Source of the DNA: Candidatus Jordarchaeia archaeon
GTDB lineage: Archaea > Asgardarchaeota > Jordiarchaeia > Jordiarchaeales > Jordiarchaeaceae
Assembly (NCBI GenBank): GCA_029856435.1
Contig: JAHQXB010000163.1
Span: 1 to 34,759 of the forward strand
DNA length: 34,759 bases
Direction: 5' to 3'
Part shown: one piece after another, positions 17,506 to 27,128 of the stretch
Position numbering within the stretch: the first letter of the stretch is position 1
Layout: the number at the start of each line of letters is the position of its first letter
The notes under the pieces: generated by a model
Database searches by the model: none
Told to the model about the DNA's origin: nothing
The model's input: the letters and a program-made list of their open reading frames with translations, nothing else
Position numbers and translations under genes: made by a program

Positions 17506-19896
17506 ATGAAAGCCTCCCAGGATGTTAAGGGTAAGCTTATTGTTAAGGCGGTTAGAAATGTTAGAAGAGGCTATACGAAGGATGAAGCCACAAGGGGCAT
17601 GTTTCGTCCAGGAATCAAGTTGGATTTACAGAGGTCACGCCTAATAACTGAATCGTACAAGATGACTGAAGGCGAGCCCATGCCCATAAGGAGGGCTAAG
17701 GCTCTAGACCATATCCTCAGCAATTTAAAGATTTATATTCAGCCCTGGGAACGCATAGTGGGTAACCACACTGAGGAGCCCAGCGGTCTCTTTTTCCCCA
17801 TAGATATGAATTGGAGAAGCGTTTGGAGGGCTGTCAATTCTGTGGAGGGAAAAGGCCTCCTTGACGATGATGGGCGAAAAGAGTTGGAGGAACTCTGCAA
17901 ATACTGGGATGGTAAATGCATGAGTGATAGGCACAAAAACTTTTTTGGCGGAGAATTAGCCAAATACTGGAGGTATGATGGAACCTTCCTGTGGACCCAC
18001 TGGTCAGAGTTAGGAGTGCCTGATTACGAGAAACTGTTCCGTGTCGGGCTCAAGGGCCTAATTAAAGAAGCAGAGAATAAGCTGGAAGAAATAGAGAGGG
18101 AAGTTCCCCGCAGCTACGTGGAAAAGAAGGAATTCCTACTAGGAGTTATAATCGCACTCAAAGCAGTCATAAAATATGCCCACAGATACGCTAAACTCGC
18201 CAGAGAAATGGCTGAAAGGGAAACCAGAGATAAAGAGTTGAAGCAGAGGCTTCTGGAGATTGCTGAGAACTGCGAATGGGTTCCAGAAAACCCGCCTCGC
18301 ACATTTCTGGAAGCCCTACAGTTCTTCTTCATCATCCACCTGGTACGCTACGTGGAATATTCCACGTTGGGAATTGGAGTGAGGTTCGACAAGGTTTTTG
18401 GGCCCTACTACGAAAAGGATATCGCTGAGGGACGCCTCACAAGAGAGGAAGCCTTAGAACTGTTACAGTTGCTCTGGGTTAAACTGCACGAATTGGGGCT
18501 AATTTATTCCCCCCTACTTACAGCTATTTATGGGGGCGTAGCCTCCCTCCAAGCCATCACAATAGGTGGAACAGACTCAGAAGGCAGGGATGTTACAAAC
18601 GAAGTTAGCTACCTTGTTCTAGACACCGCCCTATCTATGCGCACCCTTGAGCCGAGCATCGCCCTGCGGGTTCACGATGGCACTCCAGACGAACTCTTGG
18701 AGAAGGCTGTCGATGTAATACGTACGGGCATAGGGTACCCTTCACTATTCAATGATCGAGCCATTATTCCCCTACTTCAGAGGTGGAATGTGCCCCTAAA
18801 GGATGCCCGTGACTACTCTGTAAGTGGCTGTGTCTACATAGAGATTCCCGGAAAGTGTATGGCCCGCCGCGCCCCGGGGGGCATCGTCCTACCTAAATGT
18901 TTGTGGTGGGCTCTTCACCAAGGCAAAGACCCAAAGACTGGGGAGCAGAGGGGTGCGCCCACGCCGGATCCCCGAACTTTTAAATCTGTGGAGGACGTGA
19001 TGAACGCTTATCTGGAGCAAGTGCGGTTTTTCTTTGATAAACAGTTGAAGTTGGAAGATACTTGCCGTGAACTCTACGAGAAGTATCTTCCAAGGCCCTA
19101 TTACTCGGCAATTCTGGACGGCTGTATAGAGAAGGCGATGGATTGCAGAAAGTGGGCCTATCCCACTAACTCATTCTGCGTAATTATTGGTCCCACAAAT
19201 GTTGCGGACTCCATAGCGGCTATTAAAAAGGTGGTTTTTGAGGATAAAAAGGTCACCATGGAGGAACTCATAGAGGCCATGGATAATAACTGGAAAGGAT
19301 ATGAGCACATTAGGCAGTTAATGCTCCAGGCGCCCAAGTATGGAAACGATGACGACTATGTGGATGAAATAATGAATGAGGTGCAAGTAAAAACAGAAGC
19401 AGTGATAGAATCATTCAGGGATCGCTTTGGACATCCCTGCCGTGGTGATGGGAGCGGTGTTTCTGCCACCTATGGTGTTGCTTTTGACACCCCTGCAACT
19501 CCTGATGGGCGCTTCGACGGGGAACCATTCGCAGATGCCACTCTCTCCCCCATGATGGGCAGAGATCAGAAAGGGCCCACTGCTGTTCTCAGCTCTGCTG
19601 CCAAAGTCGATGCAGTTAAAACTTACAATCATCTGCTTAATCAGAAGTTTTTGCCAAGTTATCTTGAGGGCGATTACAAACCCGTTTTTATACAGTATCT
19701 CAAAACTTGGAGAGAAATGGGAATACCCCACATACAATTCAACATTGTGGACAAGAAAACCCTAATCGAAGCCCAGATGAAGCCTCAGGAGCACCAGGAC
19801 CTTATTGTACGTGTTGCGGGTTATAGTGCCTACTTTGTGGATCTCAGTAAGGGATTGCAGGACGCAATAATAGCAAGAACCGAACAAAAGTTTTAA
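17506..19896 (+). CDS. Glycyl radical enzyme (PFL2/BssA-like superfamily), substrate unknown
   Basis: C-terminal LIVRVAGYSAYF glycyl loop (Gly codon 19819-19821); thiyl loop SGCVYIEIP (Cys codon 18829-18831); IRRAKAL, PKYGNDDDYVD and ATPDGR motifs; ~796 aa. Confidence 0.93.
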   Translation: MKASQDVKGKLIVKAVRNVRRGYTKDEATRGMFRPGIKLDLQRSRLITESYKMTEGEPMPIRRAKALDHILSNLKIYIQPWERIVGNHTEEPSGLFFPIDMNWRSVWRAVNSVEGKGLLDDDGRKELEELCKYWDGKCMSDRHKNFFGGELAKYWRYDGTFLWTHWSELGVPDYEKLFRVGLKGLIKEAENKLEEIEREVPRSYVEKKEFLLGVIIALKAVIKYAHRYAKLAREMAERETRDKELKQRLLEIAENCEWVPENPPRTFLEALQFFFIIHLVRYVEYSTLGIGVRFDKVFGPYYEKDIAEGRLTREEALELLQLLWVKLHELGLIYSPLLTAIYGGVASLQAITIGGTDSEGRDVTNEVSYLVLDTALSMRTLEPSIALRVHDGTPDELLEKAVDVIRTGIGYPSLFNDRAIIPLLQRWNVPLKDARDYSVSGCVYIEIPGKCMARRAPGGIVLPKCLWWALHQGKDPKTGEQRGAPTPDPRTFKSVEDVMNAYLEQVRFFFDKQLKLEDTCRELYEKYLPRPYYSAILDGCIEKAMDCRKWAYPTNSFCVIIGPTNVADSIAAIKKVVFEDKKVTMEELIEAMDNNWKGYEHIRQLMLQAPKYGNDDDYVDEIMNEVQVKTEAVIESFRDRFGHPCRGDGSGVSATYGVAFDTPATPDGRFDGEPFADATLSPMMGRDQKGPTAVLSSAAKVDAVKTYNHLLNQKFLPSYLEGDYKPVFIQYLKTWREMGIPHIQFNIVDKKTLIEAQMKPQEHQDLIVRVAGYSAYFVDLSKGLQDAIIARTEQKF

Positions 19897-19904
19897 ACTA
19901 AAAA

Positions 19905-19922
19905 GGCGGTGGGATTTCCGCC
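19905..19922 (+). other. Small GC-rich hairpin between GRE and activase genes
   Basis: GGCGG-TGGGATTT-CCGCC just after the GRE stop. Role unknown (mRNA stability or attenuation). Confidence 0.3.
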
Positions 19923-19952
19923 ACTGTTATTGGAGATGTTGCTTGAAATGGA

Positions 19953-20882
19953 TTGTTAAGGGTGGGTGTAAAAAATCTGAAGTTAAAGGGACTTATTTTT
20001 AATATTCAGAGGTTCAGCATTCATGATGGGCCTGGAATAAGAACCACGGTTTTCTTGAAGGGGTGCCCTCTGAGATGCCTTTGGTGTTCCAATCCTGAAT
20101 CTCACGAGCCCTTTCCTACTATTATTGTTCGAGACATTAAGTGTGCTAAGTGTGGAAGCTGCGCTTTGGTGTGTCCTGTGGGTGCCATAAGCTTTGACAG
20201 GGAGAGGGGAAGAGTGATTAACTGGTCGGCTTGTAATCAGTGCTTGGTTTGTGTGGATGCTTGCAAATACCGGTCGCTTAGCATTTGTGGAAGACATATG
20301 GATGTTGATGAGGTTCTTGGGGAGGTGTTGAGAGATGTGCCCTTCTACAAAAATTCTGGTGGTGGGGTGACTGTTTCGGGGGGTGAGCCTCTATTACAAT
20401 GGGAGTTTGCTTCTGAGCTTTGTAAAACCTTTAGGGAAAACAAGCTCCATACTGCTCTCGAGACGTGTGGCTTTGCTCCCTGGAAAATTTTTGAGAGGGT
20501 TTTGGAACATGTGGATTTGGTTCTTTATGATGTTAAGCACCTTGACCCCGTGAAACACAGGGAGGGTACTGGTGTGGATAATGAAGTGATTTTGGATAAC
20601 CTTCATAAAGCAGCAAAAAGGAGACCGGTCTGGATTAGGGTACCCTTAATTGCGGGTTATAATGATTCAAAAGAGCACATTAAAAGCGTGGTGAATTTAG
20701 CCAGAGAGGTGGACGCCAAAAAGATTTCATTGCTGCCCTACCATGAGGGTGGGAAGTCTAAGTGTGAACAAATTGGAAAAACTTATCCCATTCCAGACGC
20801 TAAAGCCCCCCCAGAAGAGTATGTCAAAGAACTAAAAAAGTATATTACAGAGTTAGGAGTGGAAGCAACCATAGGTCACTAG
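19953..20882 (+). CDS. Glycyl-radical enzyme activating protein (radical SAM) with 2x[4Fe-4S] ferredoxin insert
   Basis: IQRFSIHDGPGIRTTVFLKGCPLRCLWCSNPE; CAKCGSCALVC and CNQCLVCVDAC; GVTVSGGEP. Exact start uncertain. Confidence 0.93.
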   Translation: MLRVGVKNLKLKGLIFNIQRFSIHDGPGIRTTVFLKGCPLRCLWCSNPESHEPFPTIIVRDIKCAKCGSCALVCPVGAISFDRERGRVINWSACNQCLVCVDACKYRSLSICGRHMDVDEVLGEVLRDVPFYKNSGGGVTVSGGEPLLQWEFASELCKTFRENKLHTALETCGFAPWKIFERVLEHVDLVLYDVKHLDPVKHREGTGVDNEVILDNLHKAAKRRPVWIRVPLIAGYNDSKEHIKSVVNLAREVDAKKISLLPYHEGGKSKCEQIGKTYPIPDAKAPPEEYVKELKKYITELGVEATIGH

Positions 20883-20971
20883 TGACAGGTAAATATGACC
20901 AAAAGACTTTTCAATTATGGGTAAAGCATGGTATTTTAACTAGGAATTAGTTAATTTAGAGGTGTCAAGGT

Positions 20972-21628
20972 TTGGAGATAAAGGCTCTCGTCTTTGATTT
21001 GGAGGGTACACTTTACAACTCTAGGGAACTTGCCAATGAGTGGCGTGTTCAGGTATTTAAACTACTCAAGGAGAAAACGGGGAGAAGCGAGGAGGATATT
21101 TTGAAAGAATTTTTAAAGATAACTGAAGAATTAAGGGGGCAAGGCTTCAGGAGACCGCCCGTTTCTATGATAGTGGAAAAAGTGGGAATAACTAGGGAGG
21201 AATTCTACAAAGCGATAGACTCGGTGGATGCTAAAAAATTTTTGAAACCAGACCCGGAACTGAAACAAGCTTTGGAACATATGAAGAAGCGGTGGAAGCT
21301 GGCTATGCTTACAAATCTGAGCCGTAAAAGTACTCTCAACATAATTGAAGCCCTGGGCTTAGAACCAGAGATTTTTAATCCCCTGATTACTGCGAGTGAA
21401 ATGGAAAAAGGAAAACCTGACCCGGAACCCTTCAAAAAAATAATTGAGGATTTAGACTTGGAGCCCTCATCCATATTGATGGTGGGTGACAGTGTTTCCT
21501 CGGACCTGGCACCCGCCAAGAAGTTGGGAATGAAAACCGCTCTTGTCAGCGAGAAGGAAAGCTCCCCCCTAGCAGACATAAAAGTTAAAAACATCGTAGA
21601 ATTAAAAGAAATCCTTGAAAACAAATAA
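20972..21628 (+). CDS. HAD-superfamily hydrolase (subfamily IA-like)
   Basis: VFDLEGTL, LTN, KGKPDP, MVGDS...DL...KKLGM motifs. Confidence 0.88.
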   Translation: MEIKALVFDLEGTLYNSRELANEWRVQVFKLLKEKTGRSEEDILKEFLKITEELRGQGFRRPPVSMIVEKVGITREEFYKAIDSVDAKKFLKPDPELKQALEHMKKRWKLAMLTNLSRKSTLNIIEALGLEPEIFNPLITASEMEKGKPDPEPFKKIIEDLDLEPSSILMVGDSVSSDLAPAKKLGMKTALVSEKESSPLADIKVKNIVELKEILENK

Positions 21629-22010
21629 AAACTATCCATTTAAACACAATCTTTAGTTCGAAAATCAACCACTTACATACATAAATCTGACTTAAAAAAA
21701 TAAGGAGGATAAAAGCTATTCAAGAAAACTTGGAATTCTTTTCTCAAGTGAAAAAGGGCTAATTACCGCTTGAAAAACCTCAATTAACTTCCCCAAAAAT
21801 AATTGAATGTTAGGGTCACACTTTTTTTGAGACGAATTCAGGCAACCTTTTGTATCCCCACTATTCTCTAAAATAGGCTTAATTTTTCAAGATTGGTAGA
21901 GATGTTGATTTTTCTGCTCTTACCTCTTTTTTTGGGCCGGAACATGAAACCTATTCCACAAAGATTTTTCTGAAGAAGCGAAAGAATCTAAAAACCATTC
22001 AGGTAGACAT

Positions 22011-22028
22011 CAAAAACTTTTTATTAAG
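22011..22028 (+). promoter_or_regulatory. Candidate BRE/TATA promoter of the FAD oxidoreductase gene
   Basis: CAAAAA followed by CTTTTTATTAAG, about 65 bp upstream of the TTG start. Confidence 0.4.
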
Positions 22029-22090
22029 TTGCTCTTCCTAAGATATGAGAAGTCGTGATTCTGTTATCCTCTCTTTTGGAGTGATGAGTT

Positions 22091-23575
22091 TTGTCTGAGA
22101 AATTTGATGTGGTAGTTATTGGCGCTGGTTTAGGTGGGCTCTCCTCAGCCGCCACCCTAGCTAAAAACGGTCTGAGCGTTTTGCTCCTGGATAAACACTA
22201 CAAGCCGGGTGGATATGCAACTTCCTTTGTTAGGGGTAGGTTTGAGTTCGAAGTGGCGCTCCATGCTCTCTCTGGACTGGATCTTGACCGTAAGCGGGGT
22301 TACATGTACCGAATGCTTGAGGAGCTTGGAATAACGAAGAGGGTGGAATTCGTTAAACTTTCCACGCTCTACAAGTCAGTCTACCCAGATTTTGAGTTTG
22401 TGATGCCCGCCGGAAGAGAGAATATTGAGAATGTTCTATTTGACACTTTTCCCAAGGAATCTGAAGGCATTAAGCGTTTCCTTGACCGAATAAGTGCTAC
22501 AAACGCTGTTCTCACCGGGCTTCAGAGAGGGGGAGTGACAAAAGAGCAGATTCAGGAACACTTTGTAAAGTATCAAGATAAGACACTTGCAGAAGTGTTA
22601 AATGCCGACGTTAAAGATGTTAGGGCTCGCGCAATCCTCTCCCAGCTTACTGGCTACTTTGGACTTCCACCCTCAAAGGTTTCCTACATAATAGCTGCGT
22701 CTGGCCTAGACACCTACTTCATGTATGGCGGAGCCCAAATAAGGGGTACCTCCCACACCTTGGCAAATGCCTTCGTAGAGTCCATTACCGAATTTGGGGG
22801 AGAAGTTAGATTAAGCAATGGAGCAAAGAAAATTCTCACAGAAGAAGGCAGAGTAACCGGAGTTGTAACTGAGAAAAACGAGAAAATACAAACAAATTAC
22901 ATAGTTTCAAATGTTAACCCCTTTGCACTATGCAACTTAATAGGCCTAGATAAGATGCCTGAGTCCTTCTTGGAGAAGCTACGCTCAAAGCCCATAGCCA
23001 TAGCAACAGTCTGTGTTTACTTGGGACTGGATGTACCGTACACTGAGCTGGGACTGGATGAATTTGAAATGTTTATTAGCTCAAGCTACGACTTTGACCG
23101 ACTCTACAAAATGAGAAGTCTGGAGCCAACCGAGATTGGACTTGCCACCTACAACCTGGCTTACTCTGAGGCCTCACCGCCCGGAACAACCATTGTGGTG
23201 CTTACCACCATCGCTAATGGCGATGCCTGGACAAAACTGAATCCCGCACAGTACTTTGAAACCAAGACTAGAGTTGGTGACAGAATATTAAGGATCGCTG
23301 AGGAGAAAGTTCCAGGATTAAGGGAGCATATTGAGGTGGTGGAGGTAGCCACACCAATCACAAATATGCGGTACACGGGGAATCCTGAAGGCACAATACT
23401 TGGAACCCCTTACACTCCCGATAACATCCTTGGAAAACGCTTGCCACAAGATGGCCCATTTAAAGGGCTTTACCTTGCCGGAGCCTGGACCCAGGTTGGT
23501 GGAGGATACCAAACCTGCTTGATGTCTGGAAACTGGGCCGCAAACAAGATTCTCAGCGAGTTTAAAAGAAAATAA
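22091..23575 (+). CDS. Phytoene desaturase / retinol-saturase-family FAD-dependent oxidoreductase (COG1233-like)
   Basis: VVIGAGLGGL...DKHYKPGGYATSF..GRFEFEV, VATP.T..RYTG and LYLAGAW...GGG motifs; GGAGTGA RBS. Confidence 0.85.
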   Translation: MSEKFDVVVIGAGLGGLSSAATLAKNGLSVLLLDKHYKPGGYATSFVRGRFEFEVALHALSGLDLDRKRGYMYRMLEELGITKRVEFVKLSTLYKSVYPDFEFVMPAGRENIENVLFDTFPKESEGIKRFLDRISATNAVLTGLQRGGVTKEQIQEHFVKYQDKTLAEVLNADVKDVRARAILSQLTGYFGLPPSKVSYIIAASGLDTYFMYGGAQIRGTSHTLANAFVESITEFGGEVRLSNGAKKILTEEGRVTGVVTEKNEKIQTNYIVSNVNPFALCNLIGLDKMPESFLEKLRSKPIAIATVCVYLGLDVPYTELGLDEFEMFISSSYDFDRLYKMRSLEPTEIGLATYNLAYSEASPPGTTIVVLTTIANGDAWTKLNPAQYFETKTRVGDRILRIAEEKVPGLREHIEVVEVATPITNMRYTGNPEGTILGTPYTPDNILGKRLPQDGPFKGLYLAGAWTQVGGGYQTCLMSGNWAANKILSEFKRK

Positions 23576-24054
23576 AAAGAATTAGTGTGTCCACATTCAA
23601 GGATTTAGAAAAGCCCTTACAAAAAGTGAGTAGATAAGAGGGGTAGCCTGAACTTTAAAATCCTTTACTACTAACATGATTTAGGAGAGAAGGTGTTAAA
23701 ACTGCTTCCATTTAGAAAGTTTGTTAACTTGATTCCAACTGTTAACAGGGCTTAAAGAAAAACCATTAAAATTATTATTCTTTAAAAACAGCCGTACACA
23801 TAACATGTGCCGTGCAGCCGATTCCAGCCAAGGATGCGGGAAATTCGAAAAAAACCAAAGAGGGCAGGGCCACAACCGCAATAGTGTTCGAAAAATTGGG
23901 TTGAGGGAGCGGAGTGGGCTTATCTGGAGGCTTGTTTGCGCACTTGTTTTTCTCGCCAAAAACAGCCACAGAGCACATAATTTTCCCTTAAGTAAAAACG
24001 GCTAAAAACATCTTTCGAACAGTATTGGCCACAACTGGGAAAATCCCTCACCAA

Positions 24055-24167
24055 AAGCAGGGGAGATGTGTCTGCTTCAACCGTTCCCCGGGCGAAAATC
24101 TCTCCATGAAACCGGGGAAGGAAGACCCAAATTTATGCAAGGTTAATGCTGGGTCAGAACGGGTCTT
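24055..24167. ncRNA. Candidate structured RNA: three hairpins, two with complementary loops
   Basis: Stems AAGCAG/CTGCTT, TTCCCCGG/CCGGGGAA and AAGACCC/GGGTCTT. Loop 1 GGGAGAT is complementary to loop 2 ATCTCTC. Confidence 0.35.
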
Positions 24168-24340
24168 GGAATTATTCTAAATTCTTTTATTCACAGTTAT
24201 GAGTAGTATTCTCCATTCTTTGTAGCTAAGATAATTGTTTAACGGAGAAGCTTCCTAGTTAGGGATGTGGATAAATCTAATATATTTCCAGTAAAACTTT
24301 ATTTTTTGCCTACACCGATGCTTTGGAAGTCTGTGTTTTT

Positions 24341-25864
24341 ATGACAGTTACTTTATCTCCCGAGAAGGTTTCTAAGGGTTTAAAAAACATAATTTATGAT
24401 GGTGTTTGCTCCCAATCTCTATTCACCCTGACCGGTGGCCCATTTCTAGTGGCTTTTGCACTTATTATGGGGGCGGATAATGCATATATAGGTTACATTA
24501 CTGCGGTATCTTTTCTAAGCCAGTTGATTCAAATCCCCACCATATACTTGATTGAAAAGCTTGGCAGGAGGAAGCTCATAACAATACTAGGTTCCCTAAC
24601 AAGCCGAGCTTTGTGGATTATTATTGCTCTTATGCCCTTCTTTGCCCCACAGAACCTACTTCTACTGATTAGCGTTTTTTCCGCTAGCTCTATGCTCGCC
24701 AATATATCTGCGTGTAGCTGGAACTCCTGGATGAGAGATTTAGTTCCCATGGAAACCCGTGGAACGTTTTTTGCAAAAAGGTTCAAGCTGAGTTACTCTC
24801 TAAGCTCTACGCTGGGCATTCTGGCTGGACTTTATATTGATAACTTTGGCGGGGTATCCTCAGAGACGCTAAAAAGTTACTCGGTAATCTTCATCATAGG
24901 AGTAATCTTTGGGATGGTGGGTGTTTTTTTCATTACCCGCATCCCTGAACCTAGCATGGTAAAATCAAAATTCAGCTTCGAACTCCTAAAACAACCATTC
25001 GTGGACAAAAACTTCAGAAAACTGCTCTCCGCCCTTGGCTTTTGGAGTTTTGCCTCTAACCTTGCCACACCATTCATGGCTGTTTACATGCTATCAGTAT
25101 TAGATCTGAACATAGCTTACGTCATGCTTTTCACAATAATTACCCGAATATCCAACATTTATTTCATGGGACCGTTTGGAAAACTAACTGACAGGTTTGG
25201 CAACAAGCCTCTGCTCTCAGTAAGTGCTAGTGTTTTCGTAATTACCACTTTTGCTTGGACATTCACCACGCTCCCCCAAAAGCATATTTTAAGCCTGCCA
25301 ATTCTATTTGTTTTGAGCATATTTCTGGGTATGTCAAATGCGGGCACGGACTTAACCACCCTAAATATTGCTGCTAAATTATCTTACCCTAAGCCCGCTT
25401 CCACCTACCTAGCAAGCGTAGCGATTGTAACTTCCATAGCCTCTGGCATTGCATCAACTCTTGGAGGACTTTTTGCAGACTTTTTTGTACAAAAGCAATT
25501 ATCCCTAACTCTGGAGTGGTCACAGTATGGAATATCCGCCAAGGTGCCGATTCTGTCCTTCGAGGGATTAGATTTCCAATTTATTCTATCATCCCTCGTG
25601 GGCGTATTCTCGGTGGCTTTACTGGGACACGTGGAGGAGGTCGGAGAAGCTCCCCGAAGCATCGTGATTCATGAACTCATAGGTTGGCTGAAAAAAGACG
25701 CAGGACAACTAACTGTAATTGGAGGACGCATCCGTTCCTCACCCCAAATCTTCTACGCACCCATTAGATATTTAAGCAAATATTTCGAGTCACACAAAAA
25801 TAGTTCAAAAAAAGAAAATCGAAAACACAGAGATGACCACTCCACCGATTCAATATTAAAATAG
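24341..25864 (+). CDS. Major facilitator superfamily transporter
   Basis: About 12 hydrophobic segments; motif-A-like IEKLGRRK and LTDRFGNK. ATG at 24341 preferred. Confidence 0.85.
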   Translation: MTVTLSPEKVSKGLKNIIYDGVCSQSLFTLTGGPFLVAFALIMGADNAYIGYITAVSFLSQLIQIPTIYLIEKLGRRKLITILGSLTSRALWIIIALMPFFAPQNLLLLISVFSASSMLANISACSWNSWMRDLVPMETRGTFFAKRFKLSYSLSSTLGILAGLYIDNFGGVSSETLKSYSVIFIIGVIFGMVGVFFITRIPEPSMVKSKFSFELLKQPFVDKNFRKLLSALGFWSFASNLATPFMAVYMLSVLDLNIAYVMLFTIITRISNIYFMGPFGKLTDRFGNKPLLSVSASVFVITTFAWTFTTLPQKHILSLPILFVLSIFLGMSNAGTDLTTLNIAAKLSYPKPASTYLASVAIVTSIASGIASTLGGLFADFFVQKQLSLTLEWSQYGISAKVPILSFEGLDFQFILSSLVGVFSVALLGHVEEVGEAPRSIVIHELIGWLKKDAGQLTVIGGRIRSSPQIFYAPIRYLSKYFESHKNSSKKENRKHRDDHSTDSILK

Positions 25865-25904
25865 ATAGTTCCAACGAATAATACTTTTTTGAAGAATAGA
25901 AAAA

Positions 25905-27053
25905 TCAATCAAAATTGGGTTTATGGTACTTTTTTTCTTCTTCGGCTAACTGTCTTAGCAATTCCCTCTGGCGTGGAGTTAACTTTTCGGGAACACGCAC
26001 TATAACCCTCACAAATTCGTCTCCTCTCTGGCCACTTGATATGTCAGGCATTCCCCTACCTTTTAACCTGAACACAGTATGGCTTTGCGTGCCCGGAGGT
26101 ATTCTTAGCTCAGCCTTACTATTTATTGTTGGAACCTCAATTCTTGCGCCAAGAGCGGCCTGTGTGAACGTTATGGGGACATCCACTAATAGATCGTTTC
26201 CCTCCCTTTGAAATATGGGATGGGGTTTAATGTGTGTTACCACATATAAGTCACCTGGGGGACCTCCCCTTATGCCTGGTTCACCTTCACCCTTTATTCT
26301 AATACGGGTGCCATTGTCCACCCCGGGAGGTATGTCCACTGCTATTTTGCGTTTAATGTGAACCTTTCCTGAGCCCTTACATTCATGACACGGGTACTCA
26401 ATTATTTGTCCTCTCCCTCCACACTTGGGACAGGTTGTGATTTGCACAAATCTTGTGGTTGCCGATTCCCTCACATGTTGCAGTTGACCCGTGCCTCCAC
26501 ACTGTGAACATCGAGTGGGCTGTTTTCCGGGCTCAATCCCTGTACCTTTACAGGTATTACAGTCTCGAGCGTGGGGAACACTTATCTCTGTTTTTAGTCC
26601 CGTAAACGCCTGTTCCAAGGTTATTTCCATGTCGAACCTCAAGTCATCCCCTGGTATAGGGCGATTATCCCAGGATTCCCATCTTGCCCTGCGGCCCCGC
26701 TCTCGACCACGCCCAAAGAACATATCAAATATACTGTCAAAACCTCCGAAGCCAAATTCGAACCCCAGATCTCTGAATATGCTGTCGAAGTCGGTGCCTC
26801 TGAATATGTCTTCCTGCGTGTATCTACCGCTTATTCCCGCGTGTCCAAACATGTCGTACTGCCGCCTCTTCTCATCATCAGACAGCACCGCGTAGGCTTC
26901 TGATATTTCCTTAAATTTCTCCTCTGCGTCTGGCGACTTGTTACGGTCTGGATGGTACTGCATAGCCAATTTGCGGTAAGCGTTTTTTATCTGTTCCTTT
27001 GTAGCATCTCTCGGAACACCCAGCACATCGTAATAATCTCTCTTATTAGACAT
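25905..27053 (-). CDS. dnaJ: Chaperone DnaJ
   Basis: [13 protein letters not shown] region, four CxxCxGxG repeats. Confidence 0.97.
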   Translation of the reverse strand: MSNKRDYYDVLGVPRDATKEQIKNAYRKLAMQYHPDRNKSPDAEEKFKEISEAYAVLSDDEKRRQYDMFGHAGISGRYTQEDIFRGTDFDSIFRDLGFEFGFGGFDSIFDMFFGRGRERGRRARWESWDNRPIPGDDLRFDMEITLEQAFTGLKTEISVPHARDCNTCKGTGIEPGKQPTRCSQCGGTGQLQHVRESATTRFVQITTCPKCGGRGQIIEYPCHECKGSGKVHIKRKIAVDIPPGVDNGTRIRIKGEGEPGIRGGPPGDLYVVTHIKPHPIFQREGNDLLVDVPITFTQAALGARIEVPTINSKAELRIPPGTQSHTVFRLKGRGMPDISSGQRGDEFVRVIVRVPEKLTPRQRELLRQLAEEEKKYHKPNFD

Positions 27054-27128
27054 AGTTGTTCCCCTTTAAAACAAAGAAGCTTCACAAAAGTTCATTTACT
27101 CAAAGAATAAAAAAATGGGAATCATTTT

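Noticed and set aside
24060-24116. Fluoride (crcB) riboswitch resemblance GGAGAT...TCTCC-ATG-AAACCG
   Set aside because: The P1 loop is far too long and the conserved CTGATGA 3' segment is absent.
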